Shown here: piece by piece, positions 1-44,299 of the stretch
Numbering within the stretch: the first letter of the stretch is position 1
Layout: each line of letters starts with the position of its first letter
Origin: Amoebidium appalachense
Lineage: Eukaryota; Protista; Ichthyosporea
Assembly: GCA_963693365.1 (NCBI GenBank)
Contig: CAVNZM010000014.1
Location: 3,844,001 to 3,908,000, forward strand
DNA: 64,000 bases
Direction: 5' to 3'
The notes under the pieces: model-generated
Databases searched by the model: none
The model's input: only the letters and a program-made list of their open reading frames with translations
What the model was told of the DNA's origin: nothing
Position numbers and translations under genes: made by a program

Positions 1-33
1 CGCAGAGGCGGGGAGGAGGAGGGGAAGGGGGGG

Positions 34-68
<35 letters not shown>

Positions 69-94
69 GAGGGAGGGGGAGGACGGGTTGGTAC

Positions 95-11272
<11,178 letters not shown>

Positions 11273-14200
11273 TTTTCAAGAATGGCTGCCTCCACAGCTA
11301 GATAACCCTGCAGATGCGCCCGACAGAACAAAGTAAGTGTTGTGGCGGGCGGTACGGGTTGACAAATAAAGGTTACGGGGTGGGGGTGGGGGTGGGAGGT
11401 TTGAGAAAGATGATTTGACTATTTTTAGGCTGAAATGACCACTATAAGGATGCCGAATCTTCTGTGTAAGTTCAGCTAAACAGCGAGGGTACCACGGTGG
11501 CTTATGCAAACATGGGTGCCTGTGAAAGGGGATCACACTGGGGAGTAGTGCTGTTCTTCAGAAGGCAAATGTCCGGTGTCACTATGCTGTTCCTCGTATG
11601 CATGAACGTCCTGCAGCTTATGCTTACCTTGCTACTTGCACGATGACATTGGTACGAAAAACACGTGAACCTAGTCCGACGACAACGCTATGATCAAAAC
11701 ATAAAATAGCAATGATGGGCTTCCCCTGAGGCTCCAATCCTACAGGCTACAGCCTGTCTCTCTACTTGAAAACGTCCCTACAACCTCCTCCTCCTCCTCC
11801 TCTTTACAGCTACGTATCCCCTTTTTCTGTCCCTCAATCCTCCTTCTGAACCAACCAATGTTACCCCTTAGAAACGTATGATATTTTTTGTGTTGTGTAA
11901 ACTGGCCGTCGGAGGCTTTGCAATTTTTGTTGGTTTGCACAACAGCCGAAGCGCGCACCGTGAAAGAAATCACGGCAAATCCGAGATAAAACTAAATTTC
12001 AAATACTGAAAAATGTGTATTGATGAAAAGATAAATTCAGATCCCCAATTTCTTTTAAATAAAGAGGAAACACCCCCTACATATTAAATTTTACAATAGA
12101 AACCAAAAACAATCACCGAATAGCCCAAGTCGATGCGTGGGGGCGGGATTACCTTTCATTTTCGGGTGGTGTGATTGGCAGGTGGGTATTTGTCTTAACC
12201 AATCAGGTCTACCTCTTGAACAACTAGCCAGATAACGATGCGGTCAGCAATCTCAGTGTCACAGGTCAATCGGCGATTTGACAAAAAAAAACAACTTTCA
12301 TCATGGATTCGACTTAGCTGCCAGATGTACATGTACAAACGTTTGAAAGCCTGTACACGTTGCATAAGTGCAAAATTATGTGAGAAATCAGCATTTATTC
12401 ATTGAAGTTTCCAAAAGAGGCTATTTGCACAATTACCATTCTATTTCGATGGGATACTGATGCACTAACTTTTCTTTGTGCTTCGAAAAGAGGACCTTTC
12501 TGAATAGGAACCCTACATAGTTTCCTACACAGCTTACATTTTACCATCGCAGATGGTTTGATGCCTCAATGACATCACGTGCATGAGCCATATGCATTAG
12601 CACAGAGAAGGCGCCTTTTGGCAGAAAGCTGGCAAAGATAGGCCAATGTACATGTTTTTAGTAAATAATACGGAACCCTGTGAAGGCCATTTTTATTTAA
12701 ATTTATGAGCTGTTTGCACGGAGAAGACTGAGAAGTGGATGAACTCCGATCTTGCAAGGCTTTTTATTTGCGCGAGGTATGTAAAAGGAACCCAATCAGC
12801 TCCCAGGACTAAGGATCCTCCCAGCCGTTCGAATTCAGTGTCTATGTTCACTATCACATGAATTTCAAATATAGGGAATAATATTATTATCCAGTATGAG
12901 GGTTTAACCCAAATATTTACAGAAGTAGGACTGCGCATAATCTTATATAGCAGAATCCTCACCATTAACACCCCACACAAGAGTTTTAAGATATTATTTG
13001 AATGCATGTGTCGCAATGATAATCTGTAGTTGAGCTGTGTTGTCAAAGTAACGATAGAATTCCAGGGCGTGTGATATACCTCATTTACACATTTCAACGG
13101 GAAGTTGTGGGGGATCACATATGATGCACCAGTGCACCAATCATACCGCTGGGATCGTTGTCAACAGTCAACATTGTCTATTGCCAAACCTCGGGAGTAA
13201 TCTGACCACGTGAACTCTTGCAATTGGTGCATCGTGCATGCCGTTCGGCCAGATGGCTGTGCCACGCAAAGAGGGAGGTATACTGCATGCATGCACGTGT
13301 TGATGTGCACGTTAACGTTAGACTTTTATATTTCGGCTTCGTGCTCCGGCCAGTCACGTGCATGTGCTGCAGCTTGCAATGCTGCACGTCTTGATGCAGG
13401 CAACGTGATGCATGCCCGGTATATGCAGTGTCAGCCTATAGCTAGTATCACCATGCACGGACCTCCATAGGCATTCAATTGGCACATGTTACCTGCTCCA
13501 ACATGCATATGTACGTGCGAACGACATCATGAGGGTCAAAATCAGGGTTAACGTTATGGTTTTGAGAGACCATAGATGGCCTGTGACGCGTACAATTGTG
13601 CACACGTGAAGGATTACATAGTCACGCTTTGCCTTGGTGCCCCAATGGCATGGCAAACCGGGAATTCGTCATTCGTGAAGTACACTTGGGCAGATCCATT
13701 GTAACAATAGATATTGGGAAGGTTAAAAGGAGCTAGCCCTAATAATGTCAAACCTCATATATGTATGAAACACGTACGCGTACCGAGGCTCGGTGAAAAC
13801 TTTGATGAAGATATATATATATATTATATATATACTGGGTCGTCACAATAGTGCTACTAGTCGTGCAACATGCACACACACACCGGTGGTTATGTAGTTT
13901 TAGTTAAGTGGCATACACAAACACAACGAAACTCGAGGCACTGTGAGTTACTTTCTTCGCGCGCTTGTATTTATTGAGCGACACTCACCTGCGCGCCAGA
14001 TCTACACACAACTGCAAATTCATACGTATATTTACAGCCATCATACGTTCCGTAATCATGATGTTACAAGTAGCAAGTGGAAATGCAAACACGTTTGTTC
14101 ATGAAATCAAAATGCAGTGAGTGACATTCGCGCAAGACAAAACCCGAGATAATGAAACTGTGTGCCTATTTGGCTATGAATTAGAATACGAGGGAAATCA

Positions 14201-14375
14201 ATGTCTTAAGCCCCTGCCCCTACTGCAAACTTTGGGTAGAGCTTCGGATCACTCCCTAGGCTATCTATGCATTGCATCATCCCCCACCCAACTCCCCTAC
14301 CTACAAATTATTAGAGTTCCGTGTGCTAGACTGAGTGGAGTATAGTGTGTGGTGGGATGACTATGATTTATAAAT

Positions 14376-29886
<15,511 letters not shown>

Positions 29887-30263
29887 TTTCTTCAAAAAAA
29901 CTGAGTAGCCTCCCCTTTTTCTTTGCTTGGAGCGCCCTAATAACTCAAAGATGTAAAAGACTTGCTTGCCGCCCCGTTGCGTGTGTGTGTGCACATAGCA
30001 GCTGTACAGAGCTGTGTCAGGAGAGTGTTTGCGCCAACAGATTAAAGAATACGCTATTCCCATGCAATCCTAAATGCACCTTATATGGTTATTCAGCTCA
30101 TTTTGCCACATCAAATGATCTATATTTGGTAACTATGCAGACACGTAGGCATATCTTCTTTAATGCATCTAAGCTGCTGTTGCCTGCGCAAGGCTTTCCC
30201 GCCGCTGCAGGAAGGGAAGGGAGCCTCGAGCTTGTGTGCGTTTTTGAACTTGAAGACACAAAG
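29887..30263. promoter_or_regulatory. Putative bidirectional promoter between DBR1 and RSRC2
   Basis: Divergent start codons at 29886 (-) and 30264 (+) are under 400 bp apart; the region is nearly free of simple repeats. Confidence 0.6.
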
Positions 30264-34562
<4,299 letters not shown>

Positions 34563-34969
34563 TTTTATTTCCTTTTTTTTTTTTTTTTTTTTTTGTGTAA
34601 ACCTGTGTTGTTGGCACTACAGCCATTCGTTCTGTACTGAAGTGGAGTGATCCCCCGTACTGGGACGGCTTTGTTATATAGCCCCCAGGTTTCGGATCAA
34701 GGCCCAGGATTGGTTCATCCGCGGCCAGCGCGGGTGGCAACATGCCATTCGTGATTCTGGTGCGGTCCGAGCCAGTCAGACCTTCGTCCTATTTATGCAA
34801 ACCTCTTATTGGTTCACTTCGTTTATGTGGTGTGCAGCGGAAGAACCATATATGGTTCACTTCTTAGGTCAGAGAGATTCCGATTGGTGCAGACATAATA
34901 TTTATGTGACATTCATGACAAAGCACGAATCGTATGCTAGTAGATCACATTCTTTAGTAAACATGTACA

Positions 34970-35980
34970 GTTCATGTGTACAGTTGTTTACACTCCCCCC
35001 CTTGTCGGGAGCCTGGTGGTGTCGTTAGACAAGCAAACCACCAGGCTAGGAGGCGATAAACAACCATCAGCGAGATTTCTTGTGCGCCGAGCTGCTGGGC
35101 AGAACAGAGCAAGGACGGTTGAATAGAGTTGTGCAGGTCTATGAACACTTCTTCATTTGCCAAAACGTAAATTCATGCAGCATTCTTCTGTGTTTTCATT
35201 TTCGTGGCGAAGATTGTTGCAGAGTGTGCGTGCGAATTGTTCGCTTCGTCTCTGTGCTTGGCTTTTTCTGTAGAAGTAGTATTTTCCTTTTTGGGAATTT
35301 TTCCTTTTTAGGATACTCCCGCAGATTCGTTTTCAATTGCGAGTAATTTGGTTGTGTGGATGAATGATCATACCAAACATTCGATAATGAATATAACTCA
35401 AGCCTTAGGTCACTTCGTAGCTCAGGTAGTGGTGGATAGCTTCAAGGCTTAGCCGCTGCTCCTTAAGACTGTAAGGCGAGTCACCATGGCCGGAAAAGCC
35501 ACTTCTTCCATAAACAAAGAGCACTTCTTTCCTTTCAGCTTTAACCCTGCATCATCGGAGCCGAGGAAAACATGAATAAAAATGCCCTAAGTGTTCTTCG
35601 TTGGGTGACATAAAGAAATATATCAGCCCGTTAGAACCAGTAAAAACCCGGTTCATAATTCATAAGACGAGGGTAGGCAAAGCAAGCCTTATTCGTGATC
35701 AGAAAACACATGCTTCCATTCGTGAGCAGTTTTCGTATCCCATGAGCCAGCGATTTTCGTTGAGCAGGGGGATTCCAGGCATAATACATTCTTCTGGAGG
35801 CTTGGCCTCAAAAGAAAAGTCGTCACGGTCGCCCTTTCTTTTGTAAGCATCTTCGTGAGCGCGCTTCATATCTTCATATCCTCCAGTGCAGGTCTGGATG
35901 GTGCCCCATCCTCTGCTTCTTTTGTAGGTGGCCCTACTGTTGGTTCTGTTCGTTGTGTGGAATACCAAAACCATTCGTGT
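34970..35980 (-). pseudogene. Possible decayed coding sequence of unknown origin
   Basis: Repeat-free island with overlapping short protein-like frames broken by stops and frameshifts; no recognisable domain. Confidence 0.2.
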
Positions 35981-36172
35981 TCGTGGAACTGCTTTGTGCT
36001 GTGCTTTCTTTCGTGTTGGTGTTCATAAAGTTACCCCGCTCACACACCCTACTTCTTACATACATTAGATGTAAGTAGCTGCCTGGTGAGTGTGTGGTTC
36101 GTGTTCATTGGGCTCCGAGGCCCCGTCTACCCCTCCCCCTCCTCCTCCCCCTCCTCCTCCCCCTCCCTCCCC

Positions 36173-36220
<48 letters not shown>

Positions 36221-36574
36221 GCCCCCTCAAACACACCCACCATCCCACCCCCCCACCCCTCCACCCACATCCACACCCTGCTGGCTTGCCCCAGATGCAG
36301 ACACACACGCCGGAAAATGGAGTGCAACCCACAACGCCTATACGTATACGAACACAGAGCAGCCACCACCACGCTACACCACATGGGATACAGCATGCAT
36401 CCATGGCCATCCAACCACCCCAAACCTGAGCAAAAGGCACCATTCTTTAGAACCCCCCACCACCACCACCACCACGTGCACCACCCGATAGGGCCCCAAG
36501 GTAACCATAAGATTCTAGTTCAAAACCATATGCATGTGAAAACCAGAACACCCCCCCCCACCCCCTTCCCCTCT

Positions 36575-36616
<42 letters not shown>

Positions 36617-37202
36617 CCAGCACCCCCCCCCCCCCCCCCCCCCTCCACAAAAAAAAAAAAAAAAAAAAAAGGCTTCATGTAACTTTCTTAACATAGCAAT
36701 ACTGCCCGATCGTTCTGCCATGTCTGTTTGACGGGCACAGTCAGAAAGTAGCTATCATTTGAGGTCTCTTGGGCTCAGTATTCGGCAAACCGCCGGCAGC
36801 GATGCTGACTAAGACCTTCTGACTCATTTTATTACTATTCAAATCAAAAACCATACTCACAGATTACAAAATAGTTTGGTATTCGGTTGCGGGCCCCGGG
36901 CATGCCCCGGCCTACAAGCCCCATGTCCTGCCGCGTCCTATTTCTATATGTGTAGTTGACTTTTGCACCATGTTCCACTGTCCAAACCCACCTTTAAAGT
37001 TTTTGATAGGCGTCTGAAAGCCTTTCAAATTAGATCCAACAAAAGATCTAGTAACGCTTTTGTCCTATTTGAATTTTAAGGAGGGGATGAAGGTGTCGAA
37101 ACTGAGATTGCAACTATGCTAAGTTAATGATTTTTTTTCCCCCCCTCCCCCCCCCCCCCCCCCCCTCCCTTCCCCCCTCCCCCCCCCCCCCCTCCCCTCC
37201 CC

Positions 37203-37233
<31 letters not shown>

Positions 37234-37671
37234 AAAAAGAAAAAGACAGTGAAGGATGGGGATCTGCTTGTTATTTACTTACAACACGTCGCCAACGTTA
37301 CATGTTCGCTAAAAAGTTACGTATCAGTTTGCAAAAAAATACGTAATATATTTAGTACATATCATTACTTACCAGCTGCTTCCTGCACCGGTACTTTGGT
37401 TCTGACAGAGCTGTGAGTGTGGTTGAATTTTACCTTACCCCGCATTCTAGTACACCCTCCACTCCCCCCTCCCCCCCCCCCCCCCCCCCTCCCCCCCCCC
37501 CCCCCCCCCCCCCCTTTCCCCCCCATCCCCTCCCCCCCACCGGTTCCCTCCCCCCCCACCCGCCCCCCCCCCCTCCCCCTTCCCCAGGCTCTCTCCCCGC
37601 TTCCCCCCCCCCCCTCCTCCCCTCCCAAATACCACCACCATGGCCGCCACCACCACCAACCCTCATCCCCT

Positions 37672-37714
<43 letters not shown>

Positions 37715-37740
37715 ACCCACCCACACACCCACACACACAA

Positions 37741-37834
<94 letters not shown>

Positions 37835-39308
37835 TCTCCCTTTTTCCGGCGTCACACTTCCCTGGGCGGTTTGTGCATACACCTGCCTGCAGCTGTGTGT
37901 GCCTGTGGCCTGCTTGCTGCTAGGCGCATGCACAGCTGTAGAGCATTGCTCACAATAATGATATTATTTTATCACGTTTTGTTCCCAGAGGACCCTTGCA
38001 GGAGCTAGAGAACTAATAACTAATATTACCGTCTACCACACAGCAATGACAGTACGCTAGTTAAGGTGCGCGTGCTATCTATGTGCTCAGCTAAGCTACA
38101 ATAAACCATCCTTCACACACCTGACTATTAGTACCCACTTTGCCGAGGGTTACTACTAGCTCACAATAATAAACACCCTGTGGCTACTCGGACTTCTGTG
38201 GTTCCAGTTTCATACTACCCCGGCCTTCCCTTCCTCAGCCCCCCCTCCCCCCTCCATCCCACCCCACCCCACCCCACCCCACCCCATGCACACGCACACC
38301 CTCCCCCCCCCCCGGCCCTGCAGCCGAGCCCCGCCGCCGCCGGGCAAGGAAATTCAGAAGGACCTAGGCACTGTGAGAGGCCTGGAGATCTAGAGGGGAG
38401 GGGAGGGGAGGGGAAGGGGGAGAGGGGGGGAGGGGAGGGGGGGGACGGGGGTTGTAGAATGCGGAACCCGGAACACGTCAAAAAGCACATTGAACCACAC
38501 GATGCGAAACAAGGTGCAGGACACATGCAATGGCAAACATTCAAGTATGCAACATCAGGGGAAGGGGGGTGGTGTGTGTGTGTGTGTGTGTGTGTGCGTG
38601 TGCGTGTGTGTGTGGGGAGGGGGGGAGGGGGGAGGGGGGGGCGGGGGGGCACGTGGGAAAATAAGAAATTTGATACAAAGAGGGACCGGAACTTACAGAT
38701 ACACGCAGCTGATGAAATTAGAGAAACTATATTAGGCACAAAGGTTGTTAACTTCATTCAGTCGACCATTTGTTGTATTTGAGGACCGGGCATCATGATA
38801 TCAGGCGCTGGTGCATATCACCGATAGAATAGTAGTATTGACGTATAGTTTTGAACATGTCGCACCTAAGCTAATAGTGTTAGTGGTATTAGTAGTAATA
38901 TTATTCTATGGTACACAAAACCCTCTTTGACTACGAATGCTATCATGTATTTATACAAATGATCAACATACCTGTTATAAAAGCCTGCAGCCTATGATAT
39001 ACATAAGTAACGAAGAAAAATCGGGCAGACCAATTACAGTCTCTTCGAGGTGTTCTGAAAATAGGACGATTTTTTACCCTCCCAACTTCCCCCTCCTCCC
39101 CCTCCCCACCCACCCCATTCACCCCTCCCCTCCGCCACCCCTCCTAAGACTTCAAGAGAGTCATTTATACAGATGCAACTATCTCACTGAAAAGAAAAAA
39201 AAATACCAGTAACGCTAAATAACCTCTCCATTAGATAAGCACACAACATTTTCTGAGACCAAAACACCACCCTATAACATATCAATTCTCCGATTAAGTG
39301 GCCGTAGA

Positions 39309-40580
39309 TCACGAGCTTGAAGTGCCGGTGCCGGTGCCGGTGCCTGATTTGGTCGTGCATATTGCCTTTAACTCGCTCACCAAATTCTCTATACTCTGCA
39401 TACCGTTAAAGTCACTCATCCTCCGTGTCCTCTCTTCCATAGGCAGCCCCAGTTCCGCCATTAACCTATTCAGCTCCGGCTCGTCGAAGTTCAACCCATT
39501 TTCGTCCACTTGAAAATTGTCCAACATAGAACCCCCCTCCAAACCGAGGCTCGTCGCGCTGCTAAACACATCAAGCGGTTGCATTTCCCTCCGCTCCCCA
39601 AAATATTCCCTCCGCTCCCCAAAATAGCTCTGGTGGGACCCGTGGAACGCCGGCCGGTTTTGCAAATTCCGGGGCTGTGCCGGGGAGAGCATAAACGAAT
39701 CTCTCTCGCTCTCATAGGTTCTGTGCATGTTGGTGGGCGAATCACCCCCGTAAATTGACATAGCGGAAGGGGTCAAATCAGTTTCGTGGAGCATGACTGA
39801 CGCTAGGGCGTCTTCGGGGAACGGTGATCCCATCTGAAATTCGTAGTTCTGCATAGGGTTACGCCCGCCGCCGGTCGGTAAATCGGAAGAACTGACGGCG
39901 CTTCGCTGCAATCGCTGCGTAATCGGGAAATCATCGGTACCGCCATCGATCCCATCGGTATCCCTCCGGCCCATTTGCATGAGCCCCCCCATCCCGCCCC
40001 CCGAACTCACGTTCTCGCCCGTTTCCTCCTGCAGCTGGCTGAGTTCGTGTTTGAGAGACGTAAAAGTGTCGTCGAGAGATTTCGTGCGCGTAATTCTGAA
40101 TCCCCCAGCGTGAGGGTGCATCCCCTTGCCCGGGTTGAGGCTGGACAGGGGAGATTTTTCACGGTCGAGTCGTGGAGGTGCGCTTAGTCTCGGTGAGCCG
40201 TTTTGTTTGCTGCGGTGGAGCGAGGGGGACCGAGGGGGGGTCTGGAGTTTATGGTGATTGCGGATGTGCTGGTGCAGGGAGTTCTCCAGCGCATATCTGT
40301 GGGGGGAAGGGGAGGCGGGGGGGGGGGGGGGGGTTAGAATGTGTTCATGACGGACCAAGAAAGCTTCACAACGAGGAAAAATGTTTTATTTGCAGAGCAC
40401 GGATAAAGAACATTCTATGCATCATGGGCAGTGCCCAATCTTCGTCGGGTGGTGGTGGTGGTGGTGATGGTGGTTAGAGGGGGGGGGGGGGGGGGGGCAA
40501 GTCATAAACAGCATCGAGGGGTTACGGCGTGTTACAGAGTACCGGGTCTACATTCACAACAGTTATACAAAGCAGGATAT

Positions 40581-40619
<39 letters not shown>

Positions 40620-41474
40620 ACATTTTGAGGATGGTTCATAAGTAGAACTAATCGTCAGGGGTGACCCTGGAGAGAGAAGAAGAGGGAGCGGGGGGGGGGG
40701 GGGGGGGGGGGGGGGGAGGGGGGGGGGGGGGGGGGGGGGTGTGCATTAGAGGTTGGGGCACGTGGCAGATATCAATGGACGACAAAAGCAAAAACGACAA
40801 ACAGAAACACAACAGCTGGGGGGAGAGGAGGGTGAGGAGAGAAGTTGAAGTTGACCATGACATAGGTAAGGGGAGGGGAGGGGGGCCGGGGGGAGGGGAG
40901 GGGGGCGGGGGGAGGGGAGGGGTTGATGATGGAAGAGAATGGAATATGGACGTGTGGACAAAAGCAAAAACGACAAACAGAAACACAACAGCTGGGGGGA
41001 GAGGGGGGGTGAGGAAATACAAATATGAAGGCACAAAAATGGCATTGAAGACAAATGTGCAGTAGAGAAGGATGTAAGTACAGGACGGAAACGGACATGC
41101 ATATTAATATGGCCGCTACATTGTAATGTGATATATGCTGGGGGCGAGTTTCATCCATTAATTTTTTCCCTGCTTTTCCCCACTCTCCACGGGTTGCCAC
41201 CTAAATATAACACTGGTTTTCCCCTCATAAAACACACACACCAAAACACACGCACACACATACACGCACACGCATGCACACACGCATGCACTATGCCACA
41301 CGCTGCGGCACACAAACCCTCCCCCCCTCCTCTCCCCCCCCCCACACACACAAACACGAACACTACGCTTCCATTTCCATCCAGTGCCATGCTTTTAATA
41401 TTTCTCCCTTGTGGTCAGTTCCGCACACACGCGCACGTGCGCGTGCCTGTGCTCGCATGTGTGGAACTGACCCC

Positions 41475-41565
<91 letters not shown>

Positions 41566-41828
41566 ACCAGTAACCAGTCATCGAAAAGAAAGGAAAAAAC
41601 ACTAATGGCAGACTGGGCAAGGGAAATGTGAGAAGGGGAAAAGAGAAAACCTATCTGTGCAGCATCCTCAAGCAAACTAGGTGTGCAGTGCTTTTCCTAT
41701 GCCATGCGTTGAATGGCCCAGGGAGTACGCAGATACACACCGACACACACACATCCACGCACCCCACGTGCACGACCCCTCGGGCGCTGGCGCACACGTG
41801 CGCGCGCACACACATACACACACACACA

Positions 41829-41860
<32 letters not shown>

Positions 41861-41920
41861 TCGCACAAGCACATGGACTGTGACAATTGCACGCGCACAC
41901 GCACACGTGCAATCGCGCGC

Positions 41921-41957
<37 letters not shown>

Positions 41958-42521
41958 GTAAGAGGACTTACTTTCTATCACACCCATCCACCGTGCACGG
42001 GTACAGAAGCTCGATTTCGTTTTGTCGCCTCCTCTTTCGTGGTGCCTGCACACCATTCCAGATTACTAACACGAAGAACCCTAGCAGTTTGTGCCACGCC
42101 GTCTTCTTCAAGTGTATGTGTGCGAGTGGTGATTCCGAAGGCCGGAGGTGAGAAGAAGGGGAGGTGGGGGGGTGGTGGTGGTGGTGGGGGGTGGGGGGGG
42201 GGGAAGGGGGGGGGAGAGTGCCTACACGATAACATAAGAAAGTTCTTCATGAAATAACAACAAACCGATTCTTCCATCCTTTCACTTTCTGCAATATATA
42301 CTTCTCCGGGTTTTTTGTCCTAGTTCCTTTCAAGAACTCAAAACCTTTTTTCCATACCAGTAGTTAAACGAGCACGCCTGTGTGCATACATACACCCAAG
42401 ACGCACATACAGCACCACTGGTGCACACACACAGACACGCACCCCTCCCCCCCCCCCCCCCCCCCCACCCCCCCCCCCCCCCCCCCCCCCACCTGCACCA
42501 CCACTGGTGCCATTACCACAA

Positions 42522-42591
<70 letters not shown>

Positions 42592-42927
42592 CCCACAAAC
42601 GATACACAACACACACCAACCCATACACATGCTTACCTTTGGAAGTATGGACAAATTAGTCGGGATATGCGGTCCCAGTACAGGTTGGTGGTCCCTCGGG
42701 AGTATACTTGGAGTGGAGACGCTCAACCCGAGGGCGGAAGCACGCATGAGGTTTGGACTGCTCGGTTGGGACAAACATGGGGGGAAGAGGTTGGGGTGGG
42801 AAACAGTATCGAGTAGTAGACCCGAACCGGTTCGTTGAAGGGGTGCCCGTTTAAGCACGGGGCTGTTAGGTTGGCTTTGCACAGACTGCCCACCAGTGGA
42901 GCGTTGAAGCTCGTATAGATGCTGCAT
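39309..42927 (-). CDS. Single C2H2 zinc-finger transcription factor, Con7-like (~450 aa)
   Basis: Exons 42637-42927 (CCACCATG context), 41972-42045, 39309-40296 join to give [38 protein letters not shown]; remainder is S/P-rich and disordered. Confidence 0.85.
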
Positions 42928-44188
42928 GGTGGACGTGGGAAACAGTTGGGTGGGGGTGCAATGTGTGATTCAATTCTTAAACTCGGTACTGTAGTTAGGG
43001 AAATACCCACGAGAGGGTTGGGTTTGAAATGCGCAAGCAGCGGCCGATGTGTGCTGTTGGGAAAGTTAACAAAACTGCGTTTGTGGATATAGTTAAACAT
43101 TACAGTCTGAGGTGAGGTGTCAGTTACCACTGTTCACATTATAAAAACCGAGCAAAAGACTAACGCAACTGTGTGGGATGGGAATATGTACAAGAAATGA
43201 CCCCAGATGCGTGTCAGTGCCGCTTTGAGCACAACTACTTACAACTACACCAGAAGAGCGTATTGTGCGTGTGCATTAGCGAAGCAGTTACGGGAGGAAA
43301 ACGACACACAGATAGATAATTGTATCATGCAACCGTTATGACGTGACTTTGCCCAAGCGAAAACTACAAAACTTAGCGGAAAAAGTTTACGATGCACACA
43401 GTGGATTTTCGGATGATCTCATCTGTACATCTAGCCCTGGGAGGCTGGGGTGATACTCAAGAAGAATGTTGAGGTACGTGTGGTGCGAGACGCTGATTCG
43501 TGGAGACGCTGATTCCTAAAATACAGCGCTCTTGTTGGATCTCGAGATCATCCACCGTTTTATCGTGACCTATTTCCAATCAGATGAGCGAACCGCACTT
43601 CAAGTTCTCAATCTCATAAGATGATGAGGTGTGCGTCACACAACTTATAGTCAGCCATGTAATATGTCAGCTATAGCCGCTACCTAGCTTTATTATTTTT
43701 GTGCAACGAAATATTGGTGAAAAACACTGCTCAATATACTGGCACACCCATGTATCCTCGGAGATACAGAACAAGACGTCAATCAATTAAGTTGTACCGA
43801 TGATTGCGACGTCGCTATCTTCGGATTATGATGCTGACGTCACGCATGGCATATATGCCGGCCAGCCATGCATATTTGGCGCCGGCGGCCGGTTCAACAC
43901 AGGATTTATTGTGGCACACTGTACATAGTCTAACATGAGAACTATGAAAATGCTGCTATTATGCCCTAATAAATAGTAAACCAAACCAAACTCTCTGAAA
44001 TATTGGGGTGCTGAGTTCGCCATGTTTGCCCGACGCGTTATCAATATCATATGATATCGATCGCCGCAGGTGCGGCAACGCGACCGACCAATAGGCGTCA
44101 CACGCGGGCCGGACCTTTTGCCGCTCCCGGCCCGCCCCCCCCCCCCCCCCTCCTCAACACACCGTGACACGCACACACACGTGCACGC

Positions 44189-44225
<37 letters not shown>

Positions 44226-44242
44226 GTGACATACACAAACAC

Positions 44243-44299
<57 letters not shown>

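Noticed and set aside
12693-13118. AT-rich ORF and an alternative frame with recurrent TAA stops (possible recoding or viral relic)
   Set aside because: TGA stops also occur, there is no recognisable domain, and host genes use TAA/TAG/TGA as normal stops.
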